Positions 49,769 through 61,091 of a stretch of 64,000 bases of DNA are shown here, in pieces. The position numbers were made by a program, and so were the translations under genes. The stretch comes from an uncultured delta proteobacterium (GTDB lineage Bacteria > Desulfobacterota > Syntrophia > Syntrophales > UBA2185). The stretch lies in contig CAVOID010000005.1 of assembly GCA_963695875.1 (NCBI GenBank), positions 150,484-214,483 of the forward strand. The letters are read 5' to 3'. The first letter of the stretch is position 1. Each line of letters begins with the position of its first letter. The notes below the pieces were generated by a model. The model worked only from the letters and a program-made list of their open reading frames with translations. It was not told the origin of the DNA and did not search any database.

Positions 49769-51367
49769 CTAGAAATGCTTTTCTTTGCTGGGCATTACCC
49801 GGTCGGACCTCATCATCTTCTTCCTGTGAGTCACGGGCGCTTTTGCTACGACTGTCTTTTCCGGAACAAACGGAACGTTCTTGTGAAAATGAACCAAACT
49901 GGTGAGTTTTTTGCTCAATGGTTCCGATCGACTTTCAGTCACCACATTATTCTCTCTGCCATCAACGAGGACTGATAGATCGTGGACAAAATGCTTCAAC
50001 TTTTCGGCTTGGACATACATTTCTCCTGATGCGCTGGCTGAGTCCTCGGCATTGACAGCTGTCTGCTGGGTTACTCTATCCATTTCAGCGACAGCCTTAT
50101 TGATCTGCTCTATGCCGTGAGACTGCTCCTGTGAAGCAGAGGCAATTTCATCGATGAGGCTTCCAATCTTCATGGAAATCTCTATATTCTCTTTGAAGGT
50201 ATCTTGGGTCAATTTGGTCAGCTCGTTTCCATGGGCCACAGCCTTAATGGTATTCTCAATCAGATCGCTCGTGTTCTTTGCCGCATCCGCCGCCCGCATC
50301 GCAAGGTTTCTCACCTCGTTAGCTACGACAGCAAACCCGGCGCCGGCTTCCCCGGCACGGGCTGCTTCTACAGCCGCATTGAGTGCAAGAAGGTTCGTCT
50401 GGAAGGCAATCTCATCAATCGTCTTAATGATCTTGCCGGTCTCATTACTGGATTCTGTCACATTCGCAATTGCCTCAGCCATATTAAGCATGTTTACATT
50501 TACATTCTCCACTATCCGTTGTACTTCTCCCATCATAGCCTTTGCCTGTTTGGCGCTTTCGGCATTCTGCCTCGTCATGGAAGCGAGTTCCTCCATGGAT
50601 GATGATGTTTCCTCAAGGGAGGCTGCCTGTTCAGATGACCCTTCCGCCAGTTGCTTGCTTGCAGAGGATACCTGGGATGAGGCTGCCGTAATCTGCAGGG
50701 CCCCGTCAGAGATGCCTGCGATTACATTATTTATCGGTTTAACAATTGAATTGGTCAGGGAGATTCCAAGAATAAAGACAATAAGCAGGCCAATTCCACT
50801 TGCTGCAGCAACTTTGATTGAGATATCTTTCACTACCTGATCATATTGGGTGTTTGGTACACCTACATAAAATATTCCAATAATGTCACCCTGAGCATTC
50901 TTAATTGGTTCGTATGCAGTCTGATTCCAGGTTCCGACAACATTTGCTTTTCCAATATAGGTCTGTCCTTTTTTCAGCGTTGCATCTACTACATTTTCCG
51001 CAGCTTTAGTTCCGACTGCTCGATCTCCTTGTGCATTTTTTACATTAGTTGTAACACGCGTATCACCCTGAAAAATTGTAACTGTATCGGAAGTAAACTC
51101 ACCGATCTTGTCCACAATAGAGAAATTATCATTCATCTGTGTTTCGCCTTTGAATAACTTCCCCTCTCTGATAGACCATTCGCCGGCATATTGAGCATTC
51201 AGCAGGGCTCTGCCCATTGCCAAATCTGCCTTAAGCTTTTCATGAGCTGTTGTAATGACCTTGCTGTGAACAGTCATTATTGTAAAAATAGATACGGTCA
51301 AAAAAATCAGTGCAAACACAGCTAATAAAAGAAGAGTTTTTGTTTTTAACTTTAATTTTACCTTCAT
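49769..51367 (-). CDS. Methyl-accepting chemotaxis protein (Cache sensor)
   Basis: TIFQGDTRVTTNV...GDRAVGT Cache motif; MCP signalling hairpin. Confidence 0.95.
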   Translation of the reverse strand: MKVKLKLKTKTLLLLAVFALIFLTVSIFTIMTVHSKVITTAHEKLKADLAMGRALLNAQYAGEWSIREGKLFKGETQMNDNFSIVDKIGEFTSDTVTIFQGDTRVTTNVKNAQGDRAVGTKAAENVVDATLKKGQTYIGKANVVGTWNQTAYEPIKNAQGDIIGIFYVGVPNTQYDQVVKDISIKVAAASGIGLLIVFILGISLTNSIVKPINNVIAGISDGALQITAASSQVSSASKQLAEGSSEQAASLEETSSSMEELASMTRQNAESAKQAKAMMGEVQRIVENVNVNMLNMAEAIANVTESSNETGKIIKTIDEIAFQTNLLALNAAVEAARAGEAGAGFAVVANEVRNLAMRAADAAKNTSDLIENTIKAVAHGNELTKLTQDTFKENIEISMKIGSLIDEIASASQEQSHGIEQINKAVAEMDRVTQQTAVNAEDSASASGEMYVQAEKLKHFVHDLSVLVDGRENNVVTESRSEPLSKKLTSLVHFHKNVPFVPEKTVVAKAPVTHRKKMMRSDRVMPSKEKHF

Positions 51368-51512
51368 CCTTCCGCCCTCCCGTGCTTTCTTTATGATATA
51401 TAAGAGGTCTTGATTGGCAGACCCTAATACCCCACACCTTCTAATAATTTCTCATGGTTTCGATAAATTTTTATGAGGTTGTACGATAAAATTGTGTAAA
51501 TGTCTGATTTTA

Positions 51513-51540
51513 TTATCGACACGAATTTCCTAGTACTTTA
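51513..51540 (-). promoter_or_regulatory. Probable sigma28 promoter
   Basis: TAAA-N16-GTCGATAA upstream of the second MCP gene. Confidence 0.6.
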
Positions 51541-51659
51541 ACAAATTAAATATAAAATTATTGGTAGGTAAATACGAGCATAAAACTAGAATAAATCACG
51601 TCCAAAATGACAATGATTTCAAGAAGTAAAAGCGTTAACTCAAACTAATTTGGATAGCA

Positions 51660-51932
51660 ATGATTGTTGGTTTCACAACCGCGGAAGAGATAATCCCCAC
51701 ATTATTACTGGGTATTGCGAAAACATATTTTGAACTTGATCAGACAATTCGAAATATGGATAAGATTATCTCCGAGCATCCTGAAAGTGATCAGGCGCCC
51801 GAAGCGACCTATGTCCCGGGTGTTTCCTATTATAAAAGTACCCATGATCGGAGCTATCTCAAGCAAGCCTATGAGAAGCTTCGATATGGATACCCACAGA
51901 CTGAGGAGGCGAAGCGGTTAGTACCATTGTAA
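51660..51932 (+). pseudogene. Degraded C-terminal fragment of a thioredoxin/TPR-type protein
   Basis: GF..AEE.IP.LLLGIAK...HPESDQAPEA.Y..GVS.YK.TH TPR-like segment with no N-terminal domain. Confidence 0.5.
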
Positions 51933-52160
51933 AGAGCACCATCAGACTGTTGATATCATTCATTCGTAAGGACTAATCCCTTCATTGTTTTTTCCTGAAA
52001 GGTAGTATTCCAAATTCTGCCCTTCTATGGTACGTTGAAATCCAAAATTAATGGGGTGGAGAAAACTCAAATATATGGAGGTTGGTTATCATGTCACTAG
52101 GAAATGGTGAATGATATCACCGCTGAACTCCGGGAGCCCACTCCGCCAAATAATTAACCC

Positions 52161-52697
52161 ATGGAAGAGGATAAAACCAGCTCAGAGACTAAGGGGTTTT
52201 GCTTTATGAACAGGAAAGAAAGTCTTAAGCATCTGCCGAATAGGAACGACAGCATGTGTTTTGGCTGCAGCCCTGCTAATCCGACAGGCCTTCGTTTGGA
52301 ATTTTTTACAGACGACGAATCAATTTTTTCATGGGTCAAGGTGCCAGGACATCTCAGTGGATGGAAGAACCTAGTCCACGGCGGTGTTATCTCAACTATT
52401 CTGGATGAGGTTATGGGGAGATCGGTCATCTACAAAATGAAATGCCTTGCGATGACCAAGTCCATGACGGTTGACTTCTTAAAGCCTATTCCTATTGACA
52501 AGGAATTAAGAGCTGAAGGAAGGCTGATCGAGATCAAAAATGAACGTGAAGTCCTGGCAGAAGGGCTCATCTTCAGTGAGGCAGGGGAACTTTGTGCGAG
52601 ATCCAGAGGGACTTTCGCATTTTTTAAACCCAATGATGGTGAGAAGTTGGGCATCAAAGACGATGATGCGCTCGTGTGGTTTAACTCGCTCATATAG
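52161..52697 (+). CDS. PaaI/hotdog-fold thioesterase; start may be 52206
   Basis: CFGC...NPTGL and VHGGVISTILDE. Confidence 0.88.
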   Translation: MEEDKTSSETKGFCFMNRKESLKHLPNRNDSMCFGCSPANPTGLRLEFFTDDESIFSWVKVPGHLSGWKNLVHGGVISTILDEVMGRSVIYKMKCLAMTKSMTVDFLKPIPIDKELRAEGRLIEIKNEREVLAEGLIFSEAGELCARSRGTFAFFKPNDGEKLGIKDDDALVWFNSLI

Positions 52698-53119
52698 CTG
52701 TAAAAACAAGTGCCCTTAAAATTGGTTCAGAAGATATTTTCGGGTTACTTTAGAACTTCCTGTTATCCTGACCGCCGCTTTAGATGCTGACACAAAACAT
52801 TTTCTTCTTAAAATCAACAAATTAAGATGTAAGAAATTTGGTTTAGGTATAACCATTAATATATAATAAATAGCTGAATAGTCTGCATCTTTCTCATCGG
52901 ATGTTTTTATAATAATAGTTTTATACTAGCATTACTCATAATATTTTCTAGTATTGCATTTTGTTTAACAATGTATGAAATAAGAGCCATCTTTCTTCTT
53001 AAGAATTCTTAAAGCATATACTTTTTCACATGCAAAGAATGGGAAGGCAACAAAAATGGCACGCAAGATTAATGATGATGAAAGGGCAAGCCTGGCATTT
53101 ATTGAGGCACTGCATCGAA

Positions 53120-54000
53120 CAGTTCCCATGAATACCCTTGACAACCGCATACTGAAAATAGTTCGTGTCATGCTCGGATGCTCGCGATACACAGGTGGAC
53201 AAAACCAGGCCGCTTCCCACATCGATGGATGCATGTTCCTTCATCCCGAAGACGGGCTTGTCATTTTTCACCGTCCAGTCCGAATCCAGGTCCCTCTGAA
53301 ACCGCATCGCTCTCTGAGTCTTCTTTTTCATCTGCAACCGGATCTTCCTCTTCTCTCGAAGCTCTCTGAGTTTCTTGTCGCTGACAGGACGACTGGCCGA
53401 TTTCACTACCCGGGCATCCAGGGCCATGCCGGACTCAATGGAAAAACCCAGGGTATCAAACTGATTCAACAGTTCATGATGAACTTTCTCCAATGTCTCT
53501 TTCCCGGTGCGCTCCCGAAAACGGCAGATAATCGAATGATCCGGGGAAGGCTCACTGAATGGTAAACCGATGAAGGCCTTGAAGGAAAAACGATCGTTGA
53601 TCTGGCTCTCTAGATCAGGGTCAGATTTAATCCCAAACCACTTCTGGATGAGGATTGCTTTTAGTAACATTAATGGTGGATATGCCTTATTACCAAAGTC
53701 TGACTGTCCTACAGGATAGTGCTCCCGTACAATCTTCTCGATGGCATCCCAGTTGATGACGGCACCGATTTCAGATAGGACTTGCTGGTTTCTTGAGTGG
53801 GTGACGGCTCTTTGTATTTCCATATCCAGGAATGTGGGTCTCTTATCGTATTCCTTGAATGCCATGGCGGTCTCCTTCAATGATGAATTTGACCGGAAGA
53901 CTACCATAAAAATAAGTAATTGTCAAGTAATATCAGTATGTTAAATGACATTTTTGTTAAAATATGCATGAAAAACTAATCAGAGTTGTGCAAAGGTTTT
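53120..54000 (-). mobile_element. Truncated IS5-family element (transposase from ATG 53865, cut near 53120)
   Basis: YPPLMLLKA, PDHSIICRFR, DAR, FGMKEH. One end reads AAAACCTTTGCACAAC at about 54000; the C-terminal catalytic region and the second end were not seen. Confidence 0.85.
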
Positions 54001-54576
54001 AAGATATGGACTTTTCCAGAGATGACATTATTATCTCTGAAAAGAAAAAGGTGGGTGACCCTGTGGTTTGTACAATTGAGGCTCGAAAGGGAAACGGAGA
54101 TTCGTCACGCGCCAAGGGGCAAGCATTCATATATTCCGATCTGGTTATTGTCTGTGTAGAAACTGTATGGAAAAAATTGAGGGATCCAATTCATCCTCAC
54201 CATTACGAATATCTAAGTTACTGACCTATGTCAAAGTTGCGATAGGAGTGTCCTTGTTAAATTTGAAGCTGATCCCGCAATAGAAACTGACGAGGTAATG
54301 ACATCGGTAAAAAAATTTGAAGTGTGGTCTGTTGATTTTGCTATCTTGATGTAAAGGTTTGGAAGAGTATTAATTGCGTCATATATTTGTGGCACTAACA
54401 TTTCTGCCCCTCCCATTTTGTGTATATTTCATCAACCAATAGTCGATACCATTCGGAGATACTTTAAAGTAAGGAGTCATAGAATAAATCATTTAAAAAG
54501 ATGTATTGACACACGGAGCTTGATGTTGACGCTTTAAGCGGATCAATACTAATATAAAAAAAGGGAGGACGAAGAA

Positions 54577-54846
54577 ATGAACAAGGGAGATCTCATCAAT
54601 GAAGTTGCAAAAGTCACATGCAGTAAATCTTGTGCAGTACAGGCCGTAGACGCTTTTCTCGGCACGGTCAAGAAAGCGTTAAAGAAGGGGAACAAGGTAA
54701 CTCTCGTCGATTTTGGAACGTTCTCCATTGCGAAAAGATCTGCCAGAACAGGAAGGAATCCCCAGACTGGAGCGCCGATCAAGATTGCAGCCAAGAAGGT
54801 CCCTAAGTTTGCCGCCGGTAAGGCTTTAAAGAATGCTGTGAAATAA
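54577..54846 (+). CDS. hup: HU family DNA-binding protein
   Basis: MNKGDLI...FGTF...RTGRNPQTG...PKFAAGKALK. Confidence 0.95.
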   Translation: MNKGDLINEVAKVTCSKSCAVQAVDAFLGTVKKALKKGNKVTLVDFGTFSIAKRSARTGRNPQTGAPIKIAAKKVPKFAAGKALKNAVK

Positions 54847-55204
54847 TGTTCAGTGATTGTTGACCTCAGTTGCAGAATCCCGTCATTTGCAGTCGTCAGG
54901 ATCTTTTGAATGCGTATGTCATGAACGATCCGGGTTTTTCCAGGTCTTCCCGTAGAGAGCTGATCGTCTCTTTTAAATGACGGTTTTCCATTTGAGTCTG
55001 ATACGGTTCCCCTGATTCAGACTGGAGTTCCATGACCATCACCCTATATTAGGATGAGAAGATAAACCCAGCTCATCCCCACAGGTATCCCTTATCAATC
55101 CGTTCCAAAGTGCAGGCGCTTTCATCTTGCCATATCTTTTGTATCGATATATATTTACAAAAACCCAGATTCGGCAATAAGGAAGAAATAGCTGGAAATT
55201 GTAC

Positions 55205-55306
55205 GTCATTGCGGTGAGCCGAAGTCCCGAGCGGAGCGTGGGGAAGCAGCGGGTGCTCTGCAATCTCGTTGGAAGAGAGAGAACGCCATGCTTCGCTCGC
55301 AATGAC
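55205..55306. repeat. REP/RPE-like palindromic element
   Basis: Terminal inverted repeat GTCATTGCG...CGCAATGAC with an internal GCAATCTC. Confidence 0.6.
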
Positions 55307-55322
55307 ACTTTGGTAGCGCTGA

Positions 55323-56336
<1,014 letters not shown>

Positions 56337-56399
56337 TCTTGATACGTTCTACGAGTCTTTTCTTAACAGGACAAAGCATAAAGGAGGTAGTCACGCCCG

Positions 56400-57908
56400 A
56401 TGAACCTTATCACACTTGCCGATGAAAACCTGAAGAGCTTCGGAGAATATCCGTTCTTGATCTTTGAGAATGAAATATTCACAAACAGGCAAATGCTCCA
56501 ATACTCCAACAGATTGGCGAACGGCCTGGAAAATATCGGCGTCAAAAAGGGTGATAACGTGGTGGTTATGCTGCCTAATTGCCCGGAAGTCCTCATGAGC
56601 TACCAGGGCATTCTCAGGCGGGGTGCGGTTATCGTACCCCTCATTCCCCTGATGAATGAGAGAGAATTGGCCCACATTCTCGGTAATTGTGAAGCTGCCG
56701 CGATGATTGCCACGAGTGATATTTTTATAAAAAACGAACCGATGTTCAGGACAATGGAGAGCCTGAAATACATAATCATTGTGGATCATGACGTCCCTGC
56801 AGGAACCCTTTCATTCCGGTCTCTGATCAATGACCATCCGGAAGCATCAACTCCTTCCCCCGTCGGAGAAGAAGATCTGGCGGTAATCCTTTACACAGCG
56901 GGCACCACATCAACACCAAAAGGTGTCATGCTGACGCACAAGAATCTGCATTCCAACGCTGTGAACGCGTCGCTTGCCCACGGCACCCGGTCAACGGATA
57001 TCACGCTGATCGCACTGCCTCTATCCCACTCTTTCGGAATCACATCCATGAACAAGGCGTACAAGTATGGTAACCTGCATGTCCTGATGCGGAAATTCCA
57101 GGTTGACGAAGCCTTTAAACTTATTGAGAAGCACAAGGTGACCGATTTCCCAGGGGTTCCCGCCATGTTCATCGCCATGTTGAACAGTCCCGAAGCAGGA
57201 AGCCACGATCTGTCTTCATTGAAAAGCTGCCTCAGCGGCGCAGCGCCCTTTCCGGTGGCAAACCTCATCGCGTTTCAGAAGAAATTCAACTGCACAGTTT
57301 TTGAAGCCTACGGACTCTCCGAGGCATCGCCCGCAGTCAGCACGAATTACTGTAACCGCCCGACAAAGCCCGGATCTATTGGCCAGCCTATTCCCGAAGT
57401 CGAGGTGCGGATCGTGGATGACCATGATCAGGATGTACTTCAAGGTGATGTCGGGGAATTACTTGTAAAAGGACCCAATGTCTCAGCGGGCTATTACAAA
57501 TTGTCCGAAGAAACCGCGAAGACATTCAGAAACGGCTGGCTCCGCACCGGCGACATGGCAAGAATGGACGAGGACGGTTACCTTTATATTGTGGAAAGAA
57601 AGAAGGACCTCATCATCCGTGGTGGTTTTAATATCTACCCAAGGGACATTGAGGAAATCCTTTATCAACATCCTGCCATCAAGGAGGCTGTAGCCATCGG
57701 CATCCCCGATCCTGTCATGGGGGAGGAGGTCAAGGTTTATGTCGTCCTGAAAGAGGGCATGACGGCAGTCGCTGAAGAAATTCTGCATTACTGTCAGAGT
57801 CAGCTAGCCAAATACAAGTGGCCAAAATTCATCGAATTGGCGGAGAGCCTGCCCAGAAATCCCATGGGAAAGATATTACGCAAAGACCTACGAAAGCTCA
57901 ATACATGA
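56400..57908 (+). CDS. Long-chain fatty acid--CoA ligase
   Basis: YTAGTTSTPKG, YGLSE, TGD, GKILRK. Confidence 0.92.
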   Translation: MNLITLADENLKSFGEYPFLIFENEIFTNRQMLQYSNRLANGLENIGVKKGDNVVVMLPNCPEVLMSYQGILRRGAVIVPLIPLMNERELAHILGNCEAAAMIATSDIFIKNEPMFRTMESLKYIIIVDHDVPAGTLSFRSLINDHPEASTPSPVGEEDLAVILYTAGTTSTPKGVMLTHKNLHSNAVNASLAHGTRSTDITLIALPLSHSFGITSMNKAYKYGNLHVLMRKFQVDEAFKLIEKHKVTDFPGVPAMFIAMLNSPEAGSHDLSSLKSCLSGAAPFPVANLIAFQKKFNCTVFEAYGLSEASPAVSTNYCNRPTKPGSIGQPIPEVEVRIVDDHDQDVLQGDVGELLVKGPNVSAGYYKLSEETAKTFRNGWLRTGDMARMDEDGYLYIVERKKDLIIRGGFNIYPRDIEEILYQHPAIKEAVAIGIPDPVMGEEVKVYVVLKEGMTAVAEEILHYCQSQLAKYKWPKFIELAESLPRNPMGKILRKDLRKLNT

Positions 57909-58266
57909 GCACTTTATTTGAAATTAACAAAGTGCTCGCCCAACCAACTCATCTGCAATGCCTGCATACCAAATACCTGCGATCAAGTTCAGCAAATCAA
58001 GCATATCTTCCGAAGTCTTGATTTTCTAATTCAGCCAATATATACATTATTTCATATAGTAATCATTATTTATTCCGCATTGATTGCTCACACCTCTTAA
58101 AGAGGTATCGGGAAAGGGTCGGAAAAGGAGAAGGACTTGATTCTCGCTGCCATTTATAACTGATTAATATCGAGTAGTAAAACACTTAAGAATTACTGGT
58201 AGAAATATGCATAAAAGGGCGGTTTCCCAGCCTGATCTGATGGCATAACTTGCCTTTGCTAATCCT

Positions 58267-59588
58267 CCTGTTGACTCATAAATAAATGTTACCGAAGGAT
58301 AGAAGTAAGTAAGGATCGTTGACTCATAAAACATGTTACTCAGCGGGAGAAGATTTTTTTAAGTTTTGTTTCCATAGCATTTCTTAGCAGAAATGGGTTA
58401 CGGTTTTCAAGCTGTTTGGAGAGCGAGAGTTTTACTGATTCAGATATATGGGGAGATTCCATGACTCTCTGACAAGGGGTTTTCGGCGAGTCATGTTGTT
58501 TGGTGGTTTTAGAACCGATGCGTTCTTTGGCAATGAGTTTCACGGACGGGCAGAAGAAGTTGTGGAAGAGTCTCCATTCATTGCGGTAGAGGTTATTAAG
58601 AAGGGCGATGACCCTGGGATTATCTAATCTCTGGTAACCGAGCCATTGGCGTACGTGCGTCCAGTTTTTCTGTTCTACATGTGCGTTATCATCTTTGTGG
58701 TACGGTCTGCTGCGGGTAAATTTTACGGGGTGTTTTCGTCGGGTAAAATGTCTCACGAGGTGATAATTTAAGAACTCTGATCCGTTATCGCAATCGAAGC
58801 CAAGGAGTGGAAAGGGGAGCATTTTTTCTATGTTTTTGATTTGTTTGAGGACGCCTGTTTCTCCTTTACCCCACACAGCTCTTTGTTCCGTCCATCCCGT
58901 GGCAATGTCCACGCAGTCTATGGTATATGCGTACATTCCCAGCAATGACTCTCCACAATGGGCTACGGTATCGGCTTCAAGGAATCCCGGTTTTGATTCA
59001 TCCCATTGGTTTGTTTGTATAGGTATTTGTTTCCTTAAGAGAGTTCCCGGTTTTGTTGTAGATCTGCCGCGTTTTTTATAGTGGATGCGGGTGGGTTTAA
59101 GAAGTCTATCTATGGTAGCTGGTGAGATTTTTACCAGAGCTTCTGTGATCGGTGGAAGGAGTTCACCGTAGAGTTGAATATATCCTGGCAACCAGATAGG
59201 TAAAATGGCTTTTAGACGCTTTGAACAGGGGAGATTTGCTGCCAGCCATATCTGTTTTAAGGGCTTCAGAATCTCCTCATTTTGATAAACGGGAGGCTTC
59301 CCTCGTTTCTTCGGTCTTGGCTTCGTGAAGCGTTTAAATCTCCTGAGAAGGCGTATGGCATGTTTTCTATGGTATCCGCACGTTGTGCAGAACTCGTTCA
59401 GGATAATTGTTTTTTCATAGCGGGAAGCATTTTTATAGCGTAAATGGATTGCCTTAGTGTACTCTTTTTTCGATCGTGGACTCATAGATTATCCTCCTTT
59501 TTGGAGTCGGTGTTCGGTAACACCTATTTATGAGTCAACGATCCTTTTTTAAACACCTCTTGGGTAACATTTAATTTGAGGCAATTCG
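58267..59588 (-). mobile_element. Intact IS with integrase-core (DDE) transposase (58340..59485) and doubled terminal repeats
   Basis: EADTVAH, DCDNGSEF, NAHVEQKN. Two TTG(A/C)CTCA...TGTTAC repeats at each end in inverted orientation; tentative TCCT flanking duplication. Confidence 0.85.
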
Positions 59589-59604
59589 TCCTTTCACAAA
59601 AGTA

Positions 59605-59633
59605 TTGACTGACTCTTTCTAAAGGCGTATAAT
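59605..59633 (+). promoter_or_regulatory. Sigma70 promoter
   Basis: TTGACT-N17-TATAAT. Confidence 0.65.
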
Positions 59634-60031
59634 CAAGTTACCTTTTTTTCATGCCTCCTCGTTCTTTGAGGCCGGTCGTTTCCAGAGAAGCCCGAAGCCA
59701 ATTTTGCCAACTCAATCGCTTCGGGCTTTTCCGTTCCTATATATGCAACATTGGACGATTAATGCAGGATTTTCGAAGCCACAAATCAGTCTATATCTGA
59801 TTATAAACTGTTGCATGATGCAGCATTTAGAGATTGACAGTAATAGCAGACAAAGTATATTATCTGCACCGGAGCGATCCATGCAGATTGCACAAAAAAG
59901 AGTAGAGTGTTGGACAGGATCATCACCCCATCGGGGAGACAAGATGATGGCACGAGGTATGGAAGGTTCATTTTTTAAATCTTTAAGCTCGAAATCGGGT
60001 GGGTCAAAACAATAATACTAAGGAGGAAAGT

Positions 60032-60517
60032 ATGAGAAAGGTAGCAATATGGATTGTGGTAGTTGCGGCAAGTTTTATGCTGCAAATGATGTTTGCTCAG
60101 CAGTCATTTGCTCAGGCATCACAAGCAGGTGGGTCCAGCGTGACGAGGGGTGCATGGACTTTGGGAGTGCCGAGTCTTGATGCCGAGACATCATTTACGG
60201 GACAGGAAGCTATAGTTGTCGAATCCGGTAAGGTAACGAAAGTAGAGCCGATGAAAGGTGTGAAAGACGGTCAGCAGATGAGAGTTACGACGGACCAGGG
60301 TAATAAGTATGTTGTCTATATGGGACCCAAGTGGTTCATTGAAAATCAGAAGATTAAATTTATGGCCGGTGACAGTGTTGAAGTAAGGGGCAAGAAGTTT
60401 GGTAGCGCTATCATTGCCACGGAAGTGAGCAAGGGCGATTTTACCATGAAGCTTCGCAACGAAGAAGATGGTATGCCGAGCTGGGAATGCTGTTTCCCTC
60501 GGTCAGTAAAAAAGTAA
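60032..60517 (+). CDS. Secreted OB-fold-like hypothetical protein
   Basis: AAGGAGG RBS, signal peptide, VYMGPKWF...GDSVEVRG, terminal WECC. Confidence 0.7.
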   Translation: MRKVAIWIVVVAASFMLQMMFAQQSFAQASQAGGSSVTRGAWTLGVPSLDAETSFTGQEAIVVESGKVTKVEPMKGVKDGQQMRVTTDQGNKYVVYMGPKWFIENQKIKFMAGDSVEVRGKKFGSAIIATEVSKGDFTMKLRNEEDGMPSWECCFPRSVKK

Positions 60518-60674
60518 AAAAGCAATAATAAACAAGCGACCCACGACCCACCCAATTTTTGAGCTGGCTCAAATGTATTATAATAAAGATTTGATCTCGA
60601 CTTTTTTGATCAGTGAGTTTTAGACATACTAATTGTAAAACATTTTACACCTGAAGTATATAATAAGGTTGACG

Positions 60675-60894
60675 ATGCGACGGTTACTAGAAGCTCTGTT
60701 TCTTTCTCTGCTTTTCGTTGTACTGAGTCAGCTGATTGTGCCGGTTGTATTTTCTGCAACTGATAATGTTCCAAGAATTACAGTGCAGGAACTGAAAGCT
60801 AAGATGGATAAAGGTGAGGACGTAGTGATTATTGATGTCCGCGCGTGGGTTTCATGCCTGGACAGATGCAGGGTATCCAATCGAGCCTAAATAA
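60675..60894 (+). pseudogene. Secreted rhodanese-like protein with internal deletion
   Basis: VPRITVQELK...IIDVR directly abuts, out of frame, the rhodanese C-terminus GFHAWTDAGYPIEPK*. Confidence 0.7.
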
Positions 60895-61091
60895 CTGCAA
60901 CTTCCAACCGGTAATCGTCGAATGCCACAGAGACCTGATATTGAAGAGTAGTAGGTGGAGACTAGGAAGTCGAATCAGAGCCAAATTTGGTGCTGTCCAT
61001 CCGACTGCATTTGTCTTTTGCAACTAATCCTATCTCTTCGTGAAAACTCCTTTTTGATCCAATCTCGATGACATGTGAGATTGTAAAGGGC

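Noticed and set aside
54006..54416. Short ORFs beside the IS5 end
   Set aside because: No recognisable motif or RBS; they cannot be supported as genes.
58241..58254. Sigma54-like TGGCAT-AAC-TTGC
   Set aside because: The GG-GC spacing is 2 nt too short.
59948..59963. Sigma54-like TGGCAC upstream of 60032
   Set aside because: It lacks the GC at -12 (reads ATGGA).
60032..60517. Magnetosome gene (MamS/MamX-like resemblance)
   Set aside because: Only a generic OB-fold-like similarity, and no other mam genes in the window.
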